Assembly: GCF_009914755.1 (NCBI RefSeq)
Contig: NC_060946.1
Direction: 5' to 3' (one strand)
DNA: 64,000 nucleotides
Source: the human T2T-CHM13v2.0 reference genome, Homo sapiens
The translations under genes were made by a program, and so were the position numbers. Under the pieces are notes generated by a model, which was not told the DNA's origin, did not search any database, and was given only the letters and a program-made list of their open reading frames with translations. This document shows positions 12,011 through 25,400 of the stretch, one piece after another (the stretch's first letter is position 1; each line of letters starts with the position of its first letter).

Positions 12011-15000
12011 TTCTTTCTAGCTTGTAGGGGAAGATATTCCCTTTATCACCATGGGCCTCAAACCGTCCGAAACATCCACTTCCATATACTACAAAAAGAG
12101 CGTTTCAAACCTGCTCTATGAAAGGCAATGTTCAACTCTGTGACTTGAATGCAGACATCACAGAGCAGTTTCTGAGAATGCTTCTGTCTAGATTTTATAG
12201 GAAGATATTCCCGTTTCCAACGAAATCTTCACAGCTATCCAAATATCCACTTGCAGATTCTACAAAAAGAGTGTATCAAAACTGCTCTGTCAAAAGGAAG
12301 GTTCTTCTCTGTTAGGTGAGTGCATACGTCATAAAGGAGTTTCTGAGAATGTTTCTGTCTAGTGGTTATGGGAAGATATTTGCTTTTTCACCGTAGGCCT
12401 CAGAGCGCTCCAAATATCCACTTGCACATACTACAAAAAGTGTGCCTCAAAGCTGCTCTCTGAAACGGAATGTTCAACTCTATGAGTTGAATGCAAACAT
12501 CACAAAGACGTTTCTGAGAATGCTTCTGTCAAAATTTGATATGAAGATATTCCCGTTTCCAACGAAATCTTCAAATCTATCCAAATGTCCACTTGCAGAT
12601 TCAACAAAAAGTGTTTTTCAGAACTGCTCTATCAAAAGAAAGATCCACCTCTGTTAGCTGAGTTCACACATCACAAACAAGTTTATGAGAATGCTTCTGT
12701 CTAGTTTTTATTTGAAGATATTTTCTTTCTCACCATAGACCTGAAAGCTGTCCTAATGTTCACTTCCAGATACTACAGAAAGAGTGTTTCAAAACTGCTG
12801 TACGAAAGGGAATGTTCAACTCTGTGACTTGAATGCACACATCACAAAGAAGTTTCTGAGGATGCTGCTGTCTACTTTTTATACGTAATCCCGTTTCCAA
12901 CGAAATCCTCCAAGCTATCCAAATATCCATTTGCAGATTCCACAGAAAGACTGTTTCAAAACTGCTCTGTCAATAGAAAGGTTCAACTCTGTTAGCTGCG
13001 TGCATATCTCCCAAAGAAGATTCTGAGATTGCTTCTGTCTAGTTTTTATGGGAAGATATTTCCCTTTTCACCGTAGGCGTCAAGGCGCTCCAAATGTCCA
13101 CTTCCAGATACTACAAAAAGAGTGTTTCAAACCTACTCTGTGAAAGGGAATATTCAACTCTGTGACTTGAATGCACATATGACAAAGAAGTTTCTGAGAA
13201 TGCTTCTGTCGAGATTTTATATGAAGATATTACCTTTTCCAACGAAATCCTGAAATCTATCCAAATATCCCCTCGCAGATTCTACAAAAAGAGTGTTTCA
13301 AAACTGCTCTGTAAAAAGAAAGGTTCAACTCTGTTACTTGAGTACACACATCACAAACAAGTTTCACAGAATGCTTCTTTCTAGCTTGTAGGGGAAGATA
13401 TTCCCTTTATCACCATGGGCCTCAAACCGTCCGAAACGTCCACTTCCATATACTACAAAAAGAGCGTTTCAAACCTGCTCTAGGAAAGGCAATGTTCAAC
13501 TCTGTGACTTGAATGCAGACATCACAGAGCAGTTTCTGAGAATGCTTCTGTCTAGATTTTATAGGAATGTATTCCCGTTTCCAACGAAATCTTCACAGCT
13601 ATCCAAATATCCACTTGCAGATTCTACAAAAAGAGTGTATCAAAACTGCTCTGTCAAAAGGAAGGTTCTTCTCTGTTAGTTGAGTACATACGTCATAAAG
13701 GAGTTTCTGAGAATGTTTCTGTCTAGTGGTTATGGGAAGATATTTGCTTTTTCACCTTAGGCCTCAGAGCGCTCCAAATATCCACTTGCACATACTACAA
13801 AAAGAGTGCTTCAAAGCTGCTCTCTGAAAGGGAATGTTCAACTCTATGAGTTGAATGCAAACATCACAAAGACGTTTCTGACAATGCTTCTGTCTAGATT
13901 TGATATGAAGATATTCCCGTTTCCAACGAAATCTTCAAATCTATCCAAATGTCCACTTGCAGATTCAACAAAAAGTGTTTTTCCGAACTGCTCTATCAAA
14001 AGAAAGATCCGCCTCTGTTAGCTGAGTTCACACATCACAAACAAGTTTATGAGAATGCTTCTGTCTAGTTTTTATTTGAAGATATTTCCTTTCTCACCAT
14101 AGACCTGAAAGCTGTCCTAATGTTCACTTCCAGATACTACAGAAAGAGTGTTTCAAAACTGCTGTACGAAAGGGAATGTTCAACTCTGTGACTTGAATGC
14201 ACACATCACAAAGAAGTTTCTGAGGATGCTGCTGTCTACTTTTTATACGTAATCCCGTTTCCAACGAAATCCTCCAATCTATCCAAATATCCACTTGCAG
14301 ATTCCACAGAAAGATTGTTTCAAATCTGCTCTGTCAACAGAAAGATTCAACTCTGTTAGCTGCGTGCATATATCCCAAAGAAGATTCTGAGATTGCTTCT
14401 GTCTAGTTTTTATGGGAAGATATTTCCCTTTTCACCGTAGGCGTCAAGGCGCTCCAAATGTCCACTTCCAGATACTACAAAAAGAGTGTTTCAAACCTAC
14501 TCTGTGAAAGGGAATATTCAACTCTGTGACTTGAATGCACATATCACAAAGAAGTTTCTGAGAATGCTTCTGTCGAGATTTTATATGAAGATATTCCCGT
14601 TTCCAACGAAATCCTGAAATCTCTCCAAATATCCCCTCGCAGATTCTACAAAAAGAGTGTTTCAAAACTGCTCTGTAAAAAGAAAGGTTCAACTCTGTTA
14701 CTTGAGTACACACATCACAAACAAGTTTCACAGAATGCTTCTTTCTAGCTTGTAGGGGAAGATATTCCCTTTATCACCATGGGCCTCAAACCGTCCGAAA
14801 CGTCCACTTCCATATACTACAAAAAGAGCGTTTCAAACCTGCTCTAGGAAAGGCAATGTTCAACTCTGTGACTTGAATGCAGACATCACAGAGCAGTTTC
14901 TGAGAATGCTTCTGTCTAGATTTTATAGGAAGATATTCCCGTTTCCAACGAAATCTTCACAGCTATCCCAATATCCACTTGCAGATTCTACAAAAAGAGT

Positions 15001-18000
15001 ATCTCAAAACTGCTCTGTCAAAAGGAAGGTTCTTCTCTGTTAGGTGAGTGCATACGTCATAAAGGAGTTTCTGAGAATGTTTCTGTCTAGTGGTTATGGG
15101 AAGATATTTGCTTTTTCACCGAAGGCCTCAGAGAGCTCCAAATATCCACTTGCACATACTACAAAATGAGTGCCTCACAGCTGCTCTCTGAAACGGAATG
15201 TTCAACTCTATGAGTTGAATGCAAACATCACAAAGACGTTTCCGAGAATGCTTCTGTCTAGATTTGATATGAAGATATTCCCGTTTCCAACGAAATCTTC
15301 AAATCTATCCAAATGTCCACTTGCAGATTCAACAAAAAGTGTTTTTCAGAACTGCTCTATCAAAAGAAAGGTCCACCTCTGTTAGCTGAGTTCACACATC
15401 ACAAACAAGTTTATGAGAATGCTTCTGTCTAGTTTTTATTTGAAGATATTTCCTTTCTCACCATAGAGCTGAAAGCTGTCTTAGTGTTCACTTCCAGATA
15501 CTACAGAAAGAGTGTTTCAAAACTGCTGTACGAAAGGGAATGTTCAACTCTGTGACTTGAATGCACACATCACAAAGAAGTTTCTGAGGATGCTGCTGTC
15601 TACTTTTTATATGTAATCCCGTTTCCAACGAAATCCTCCAAGCTATCCAAATATCCACTTGCAGATTCCACAGAAAGACTGTTTCAAAACTGCTCTGTCA
15701 ATAGAAAGGTTCAACTCTGTTAACTGCGTGCATATATCCCAAAGAAGATTCTGAGATTGCTTCTGTCTAGTTTTTATGGGAAGATATTTCCCTTTCCACC
15801 GTAGGCGTCAAGGCGCTCCAAATGTCCACTTCCAGATACTACAAAAAGAGTGTTTCAAACCTACTCTGTGAAAGGGAATATTCAACTCTGTGACTTGAAT
15901 GCACATATCACAAAGAAGTTTCTGAGAATGCTTCTGTCGAGATTTTATATGAAGATATTCCCGTTTCCAACGAAATCCTGAAATCTATCCAAATATCCCC
16001 TCGCAGATTCTACAAAAAGAGTGTTTCAAAACTGCTCTGTAAAAAGAAAGGTTCAACTCTGTTACTTGAGTACACACATCACAAACAAGTTTCACAGAAT
16101 GCTTCTTTTTAGCTTGTAGGGGAAGATATTCCCTTTATCACCATGGGCATCAAACCGTCCGAAACATCCACTTCCATATACTACAAAAAGAGCGTTTCAA
16201 ACCTGCTCTATGAAAGGCAATGTTCAACTCTGTGACTTGAATGCAGACATCACAGAGCAGTTTCTGAGAATGCTTCTGTCTAGATTTTATAGGAAGATAT
16301 TCCCGTTTCCAACGAAACCTTCACAGCTATCCCAATATCCACTTGCAGATTCTACAAAAAGAGTGTATCAAAACTGCTCTGTCAAAAGGAAGGTTATTCT
16401 CTGTTAGGTGAGTGCATACGTCATAAAGGAGTTTCTGAGAATGTTTCTGACTAGTGGTTATGGGAAGATATTTGCTTTTTCACCGTAGGCCTCAGAGCGC
16501 TCCAAATATCCACTTGCACATACTACAAAAAGAGTGCCTCAAAGCTGCTCTCTGAAACGGAATGTTCAACTCTATGAGTTGAATGAAAACATCACAAAGA
16601 CGTTTCTGAGAATGCTTCTGTCTAGATTTGATATGAAGATATTCCCGTTTCCAACGAAATCTTCAAATCTATCCAAATATCCACTTGCAGATTCAACAAA
16701 AAGTGTTTTTCAGAACTGCTCTATCAAAAGAAAGATCCACCTCTGTTAGCTTAGTTCACACATCAGAAACAAGTTTATGAGAATGCTTCTGTCTAGTTTT
16801 TATTTGAAGATATTTCCTTTCTCACCATAGACCTGAAAGCTGTCCTAATGTTCACTTCCAGATACTACAGAAAGTGTTTCAAACTGCTGTACGAAAGGGA
16901 ATGTTCAACTCTGTGACTTGAATGCACACATCACAAAGAAGTTTCTGAGGATGCTGCTGTCTACTTTTTATACGTAATCCCGTTTCCAACGAAACCCTCC
17001 AAGCTATCCAAATATCCACTTGCAGATTCCACAGAAAGACTGTTTCAAAACTGCTCTGTCAATAGAAAGGTTCAACTCTGTTAGCTGCGTGCATATATCC
17101 CAAAGAAGATTCTGAGATTGCTTCTGTCTAGTTTTTATGGGAAGATATTTCCCTTTTCACCTTAGGAGTCAAGGCGCTCCAAATGTCCACTTCCAGATGC
17201 TACAAAAAGAGTGTTTCAAACCTACTCTGTGAAAGGGAATATTCAACTCTGTGACTTGAATGCACATATCACAAAGAAGTTTCTGAGAATGCTTCTGTCG
17301 AGATTTTATATGAAGATATTCCCGTTTCCAACGAAATCCTGAAATCTATCCAAATATCCCCTCGCAGATTCTACAAAAAGAGTGTTTCAAAACTGCTCTG
17401 TAAAAAGAAAGGTTCAACTCTGTTACTTCAGTACACACATCACAAACAAGTTTCACAGAATGCTTCTTTCTAGCTTGTAGGGGAAGATATTCCCTTTATC
17501 ACCATGGGCCTCAAACCGTCCGAAACGTCCACTTCCATATACTAGAAAAAGAGCGTTTCAAACCTGCTCTAGGAAAGGCAATGTTCAACTCTGTGACTTG
17601 AATGCAGACATCACAGAGCAGTTTCTGAGAATGCTTCTGTCTAGATTTTATAGGAAGATATTCCCGTTTCCAACGAAATCTTCACAGCTATCCAAATATC
17701 CACTTGCAGATTCTACAAAAAGAGTGTATCAAAACTGCTCTGTCAAAAGGAAGGTTCTTCTCTGTTAGTTGAGTACATACGTCATAAAGGAGTTTCTGAG
17801 AATGTTTCTGTCTAGTGGTTATGGGAAGATATTTGCTTTTTCACCTTAGGCCTCAGAGCGCTCCAAATATCCACTTGCACATACTACAAAAAGAGTGCTT
17901 CAAAGCTGCTCTCTGAAAGGGAATGTTCAACTCTATGAGTTGAATGCAAACATCCCAAAGACGTTTCTGACAATGCTTCTGTCTAGATTTGATATGAAGA

Positions 18001-21000
18001 TATTCCCGTTTCCAACGAAATCTTCAAATCTATCCAAATGTCCACTTGCAGATTCAACAAAAAGTGTTTTTCCGAACTGCTCTATCAAAAGAAAGATCCG
18101 CCTCTGTTAGCTGAGTTCACACATCACAAACAAGTTTATGAGAATGCTTCTGTCTAGTTTTTATTTGAAGATATTTCCTTTCTCACCATAGACCTGAAAG
18201 CTGTCCTAATGTTCACTTCCAGATACTACAGAAAGAGTGTTTCAAAACTGCTGTATGAAAGGGAATATTCAACTCTGTGACTTGAATGCACACATCACAA
18301 ATAAGTTTCTGAGGATGCTGCTGTCTACTTTTTATACGTAATCCCGTTTCCAACGAAATCCTCCAATCTATCCAAATATCCACTTGCAGATTCCACAGAA
18401 AGACTGTTTCAAATCTGCTCTGTCAATAGAAAGATTCAACTCTCTTAGCTGCGTGCATATATCCCAAAGAAGATTCTGAGATTGCTTCTGTCTAGTTTTT
18501 ATGGGAAGATATTTCCCTTTTCACCGTAGGCGTCAAGGCGCTCGAAATGTCCACTTCCAGATACTACAAAAAGAGTGTTTCAAACCTACTCTGTGAAAGG
18601 GAATATTCAACTCTGTGACTTGAATGCACATATCACAAAGAAGTTTCTGAGAATGCTTCTGTCGAGATTTTATATGAAGATATTCCCGTTTCCAACGAAA
18701 TCCTGAAATCTATCCAAATATCCCCTCGCAGATTCTACAAAAAGAGTGTTTCAAAACTGCTCTGTAAAAAGAAAGGTTCAACTCTGTTAGTTGAGTACAC
18801 ACATCACAAACAAGTTTCACAGAATGCTTCTTTCTAGCTTGTAGGGGAAGATATTCCCTTTATCACCATGGGCCTCAAACCGTCCGAAACGTCCACTTCC
18901 ATATACTACAAAAAGAGCGTTTCAAACCTGCTCTAGGAAAGGCAATGTTCAACTCTGTGACTTGAATGCAGACATCACAGAGCAGTTTCTGAGAATGCTT
19001 CTGTCTAGATTTTATAGGAAGATATTCCCGTTTCCAACGAAATCTTCACAGCTATCCAAATATCCACTTGCAGATTCTACAAAAAGAGTGTATCAAAACT
19101 GCTCTGTCAAAAGGAAGGTTCTTCTCTGTTAGGTGAGTGCATACGTCATAAAGGATTTTCTGAGAATGTTTCAGTCTAGTGGTTATGGGAAGATATTTGC
19201 TTTTTCACCGTAGACCTCACAGCGCTCCAAATATCCAGTTGCACATACTACAAAAAGAGTGCTTCAAAGCTGCCCTCTGAAACGGAATGTTCAAATCTAT
19301 GAGTTGAATGCAAACATCACAAAGACGTTTCTGAGAATGCTTCTGTCTAGATTTGATATGAAGATATTCCCGTTTCCAACGAAATCTTCAAATCTATCCA
19401 AATGTCCACTTGCAGATTCAACAAAAAGTGTTTTCCCGAACTGCTCTATCAAAAGAAAGATCCGCCTCTGTTAGCTCAGTCCACACATCACAAACAAGTT
19501 TATGAGAATGCTTCTGTCTAGTTTTTATTTGAAGATATTTCCTTTCTCACCATAGACCTGAAAGCTGTCCTAATGTTCACTTCCAGATACTACAGAAAGA
19601 GTGTTTCAAAACTGCTGTACGAAAGGGAATGTTCAACCCTGTGACTTGAATGCACACATCACAAAGAAGTTTCTGAGGATGCTGCTGTCTACTTTTTATA
19701 CGTAATCCCGTTTCCAACGAAATCCTCCAATCTATCCAAATATCCACTTGCAGATTCCACAGAAAGACTGTTTCAAATCTGCTCTGTCAACAGAAAGATT
19801 CAACTCTGTTAGCTGCGTGCATATATCCCAAAGAAGATTCTGAGATTGCTTCTGTCTAGTTTTTATGGGAAGATATTTCCCTTTTCACCGTAGGCGTCAA
19901 GGCGCTCCAAATGTCCACTTCCAGATACTACAAAAAGAGTGTTTCAAACCTACTCTGTGAAAGGGAATATTCAACTCTGTGACTTGAATGCAAATATCAC
20001 AAAGAAGTTTCTGAGAATGCTTCTGTCGAGATTTTATATGAAGATATTCCCGTTTCCAACGAAATCCTGAAATCTCTCCAAATATCCCCTCGCAGATTCT
20101 ACAAAAAGAGTGTTTCAAAACTGCTCTGTAAAAAGAAAGGTTCAACTCTGTTACTTGAGTACACACATCACAAACAAGTTTCACAGAATGATTCTTTCTA
20201 GCTTGTAGGGGAAGATATTCCCTTTATCACCATGGGCCTCAAACCGTCCGAAACGTCCATTTCCATATACTACAAAAAGAGCGTTTCAAACCTGCTCTAT
20301 GAAAGGCAATGTTCAACTCTGTGACTTGAATGCAGACATCACAGAGCAGTTTCTGAGAATGCTTCTGTCCAGACTTTATAGGAAGATATTCCCGTTTCCA
20401 ACGAAATCTTCACAGCTATACAAATATCCACTTGCAGATAGTACAAAAAGAGTGTATCAGAAATGCTCTGTCAAAAGGAAAGTTCTTCTCTGCTAGTTGA
20501 GTACATACGTCATAAAGAAGTTTCTGAGAATGTTCCTGTCTAGTGGTTATGGGAAGATATTTGCTTTTTCCCCGTAGGCCTCAAAGCGCTCCAAATGTCC
20601 ACTTGCACATACTACAAAAAGAGTGCTTCAAAGCTGCTCTCTGAAAGGGAATGTTCAACTCTATGAGTTGAATGCTAACATCACAAAGACGTTTCTGAGA
20701 ATGCTTCTGTCTAGATTTGATATGAAGATATTCCCGTTTGGAACGAAATCTTCAAATCTATCCAAATGTCCACTTGCAGATTCAACAAAAAGTGTTTTTC
20801 AGAACTGCTCTATCAAAAGAAAGATCCACCTCTGTTAGCTGAGTTCACACATCACAAACAAGTTTATGAGAATGCTTCTGTCTAGTTTTTATTTGAAGAT
20901 ATTTCCTTTCTCACCATAGACCTGAAAGCTGTCGTAATGTTCACTTCCAGATACTACAGAAAGAGTGTTTCAAAACTGCTGTACGAAAGGGAATGTTCAA

Positions 21001-22499
21001 CTCTGTGACTTGAATGCACACATCACAAAGAAGTTTCTGAGGATGCTGCTGTCTACTTTTTATACGTAATCCCGTTTCCAACGAAATCCTCCAATCTATC
21101 AAAATATCCACTTGCAGATTCCACAGAAAGACTGTTTCAAAACTGCTCTGTCAATAGAAAGGTTCAACTCTGTTAGCTGCGTGCATATATCCCAAAGAAG
21201 ATTCTGAGATTGCTTCTGTCTAGTTTTTATGGGAAGATATTTCCCTTTTCACCGTAGGTGTCAAGGCGCTCCAAATGTCCACTTCCAGATACTACAAAAA
21301 GAGTGTTTCAAACCTACTCTCTGAAAGGGAATATTCAACTCTGTGACTTGAATGCAGATATCACAATGAAGTTTCTGAGAATGCTTCTGTCGAGATTTTA
21401 TATGAAGATATTCCCGTTTCCAACGAAATCCTGAAATCTATCCAAATATCCCCTCGCAGATTCTACAAAAAGAGTGTTGCAAAACTGCTCTGTAAAAAGA
21501 AAGGTTCAACCCTGTTAGTTGAGTACACACATCACAAACAAGTTTCACAGAATGCTTCTTTCTAGCTTGTAGGGGAAGATATTCCCTTTATCACCATGGG
21601 CCTCAAACCGTCCGAAACGTTTACTTCCATATACTACAAAAAGAGCATTTCAAACCTGCTCTATGAAAGGCAATGTTCAACTCTGTGACTTGAATGCAGA
21701 CATCACAGAGCAGTTTCTGAGAATGCTTCTGTCTAGATTTTATAGGAAGATATTCCCGTTTCCAACGAAATCTTCACAGCTATCCCAATATCCACTTGCA
21801 GATTCTACAAAAAGAGTGTATCAAAACTGCTCTGTGAAAAGGAAGGTTCTTCTCTGTTAGGTGAGTGCATACGTCATAAAGGAGTTTCTGAGAATGTTTC
21901 TGTCTAGTGGTTATGGGAAGATATTTGCTTTTTCACCGAAGGCCTCAGAGCGCTCCAAATATCCACTTGCACATACTACAAAATGAGTGCCTCAAAGCTG
22001 CTCTCTGAAACGGAATGTTCAACACTATGAGTTGAATGCAAACATCACAAAGACGTTTCCGAGAATGCTTCTGTCTAGATTTGATATGAAGATATTCCCG
22101 TTTCCAACGAAATCTTCAAATCTATCCAAATGTCCACTTGCAGATTCAACAAAAAGTGTTTTTCAGAACTGCTCTATGAAAAGAAAGATCCATCTCTGTT
22201 AGCTGAGTTCACACATCACAAACAAGTTTATGAGAATGCTTCTGTCTAGTTTTTATTTGAAGATATTTCCTTTCTCACCATAGAGCTGAAAGCTGTCCTA
22301 ATGTTCACTTCCAGATACTACAGAAAGAGTGTTTCAAAACTGCTGTACGAAAGGGAATGTTCAACTCTGTGACTTGAATGCACACATCACAAAGAAGTTT
22401 CTGAGGATGCTGCTGTCTACTTTTTATACGTAATCCCGTTTCCAACGAAATCCTCCAAGCTATCCAAATATCCACTTGCAGATTCCACAGAAAGACTGT

Positions 22500-25400
22500 T
22501 TCAAAACTGCTCTGTCAATAGAAAGGTTCAACTCTGTTAACTGCGTGCATATATCCCAAAGAAGATTCTGAGATTGCTTCTGTCTAGTTTTTATGGGAAG
22601 ATATTTCCCTTTTCACCGTAGGCGTCAAGGCGCTCCAAATGTCCACTTCCAGATACTACAAAAAGAGTGTTTCAAACCTACTCTGTGAAAGGGAATATTC
22701 AACTCTGTGACTTGAATGCACATATCACAAAGAAGTTTCTGAGAATGCTTCTGTCGAGATTTTATATGAAGATATTCCCGTTTCCAACGAAATCCTGAAA
22801 TCTATCCAAATATCCCCTCGCAGATTCTACAAAAAGAGTGTTTCAAAACTGCTCTGTAAAAAGAAAGGTTCAACTCTGTTAGTTGAGTACACACATCACA
22901 AACAAGTTTCTCAGAATGCTTCTTTCTAGCTTGTAGGGGAAGATATTCCCTTTATCACCATGGGCCTCCAACCGTCCGAAACATCCACTTCCATATACTA
23001 CAAAAAGAGCGTTTCAAACCTGCTCTATGAAAGGCAATGTTCAACTCTGTGACTTGAATGCAGACATCACAGAGCAGTTTCTGAGAATGCTTCTGTCTAG
23101 ATTTTATAGGAAGATATTCTCGTTTCCAACGAAATCTTCACAGCTATCCAAATATCCACTTGCAGATTCTACAAAAAGAGTGTATCAAAACTGCTCTGTG
23201 AAAAGGAAGGTTCTTCTCTGTTAGGTGAGTGCATACGTCATAAAGGAGTTTCTGAGAATGTTTCTGTCTAGTGGTTATGGGAAGATATTTGCTTTTTCAC
23301 CGAAGGCCTCAGAGCGCTCCAAATATCCACTTGCACATACTACAAAATGAGTGCCTCAAAGCTGCTCTCTGAAACGGAATGTTCAACTCTATGAGTTGAA
23401 TGCAAACATCACAAAGACGTTTCCGAGAATGCTTCTGTCTAGATTTGATATGAAGATATTCCCGTTTCCAACGAAATCTTCAAATCTATCCAAATGTCCA
23501 CTTGCAGATTCAACAAAAAGTGTTTTTCAGAACTGCTCTATCAAAAGAAAGATCCATCTCTGTTAGCTGAGTACACACATCACAAACAAGTTTATGAGAA
23601 TGCTTCTGTCTAGTTTTTATTTGAAGATATTTCCTTTCTCACCATAGAGCTGAAAGCTGTCCTAATGTTCACTTCCAGATACTACAGAAAGAGTGTTTCA
23701 AAACTGCTGTACGAAAGGGAATGTTCAACTCTGTGACTTGAATGCACACATCACAAAGAAGTTTCTGAGGATGCTGCTGTCTACTTTTTATACGTAATCC
23801 CGTTTCCAACGAAATCCTCCAAGCTATCCAAATATCCACTTGCAGATTCCACAGAAAGACTGTTTCAAAACTGCTCTGTCAATAGAAAGGTTCAACTCTG
23901 TTAACTGCGTGCATATATCCCAAAGAAGATTCTGAGATTGCTTCTGTCTAGTTTTTATGGGAAGATATTTCCCTTTTCACCGTAGGCGTCAAGGCGCTCC
24001 AAATGTCCACTTCCAGATACTACAAAAAGAGTGTTTCAAACCTACTCTGTGAAAGGGAATATTCAACTCTGTGACTTGAATGCACATATCACAAAGAAGT
24101 TTCTGAGAATGCTTCTGTCGAGATTTTATATGAAGATATTCCCGTTTCCAACGAAATCCTGAAATCTATCCAAATATCCCCTCGCAGATTCTACAAAAAG
24201 AGTGTTTCAAAACTGCTCTGTAAAAAGAAAGGTTCAACTCTGTTAGTTGAGTACACACATCACAAACAAGTTTCACAGAATGCTTCTTTCTAGCTTGTAG
24301 GGGAAGATATTCCCTTTATCACCATGGGCCTCCAACCGTCCGAAACATCCACTTCCATATACTAGAAAAAGAGCGTTTCAAACCTGCTCTATGAAAGGCA
24401 ATGTTCAACTCTGTGACTTGAATGCAGACATCACAGAGCAGTTTCTGAGAATGCTTCTGTCTAGATTTTATAGGAAGATATTCCCGTTTCCAACGAAATC
24501 TTCACAGCTATCCCAATATCCACTTGCAGATTCTACAAAAAGAGTGTATCAAAACTGCTCTGTCAAAAGGAAGGTTCTTCTCTGTTAGGTGAGTGCATAC
24601 GTCATAAAGCAGTTTCTGAGAATGTTTCTGTCTAGTGGTTATGGGAAGATATTTGCTTTTTCACAGAAGGCCTCAGAGCGCTCCAAATATCCACTTGCAC
24701 ATACTACAAAAAGAGTGCCTCAAAGCTGCTCTCTGAAACGGAATGTTCAACTTTATGAGTTGAATGCAAACATCACAAAGACGTTTCCGAGAATGCTTCT
24801 GTCTAGATTTGATATGAAGATATTCCCGTTTCCAACGAAATCTTCAAATCTATCCAAATGTCCACTTGCAGATTCAACAAAAAGTGTTTTTCAGATCTGC
24901 TCTATCAAAAGAAAGATCCATCTCTGTTAGCTGAGTTCACACATCACAAACAAGTTTATGAGAATGCTTCTGTCTAGTTTTTATTTGAAGATATTTCCTT
25001 TCTCACCATAGAGCTGAAAGCTGTCCTAATGTTCACTTCCAGATACTACAGAAAGAGTGTTTCAAAACTGCTGTACGAAAGGGAATGTTCAACTCTGTGA
25101 CTTGAATGCACACATCACAAAGAAGTTTCTGAGGATGCTGCTGTCTACTTTTTATACGTAATCCCGTTTCCAACGAAATCCTCCAAGCTATCCAAATATC
25201 CACTTGGAGATTCCACAGAAAGACTGTTTCAAAACTGCTCTGTCAATAGAAAGGTTCAACTCTGTTAACTGCGTGCATATATCCCAAAGAAGATTCTGAG
25301 ATTGCTTCTGTCTAGTTTTTATGGGAAGATATTTCCCTTTTCACCGTAGGCGTCAAGGCGCTCCAAATGTCCACTTCCAGATACTACAAAAAGAGTGTTT

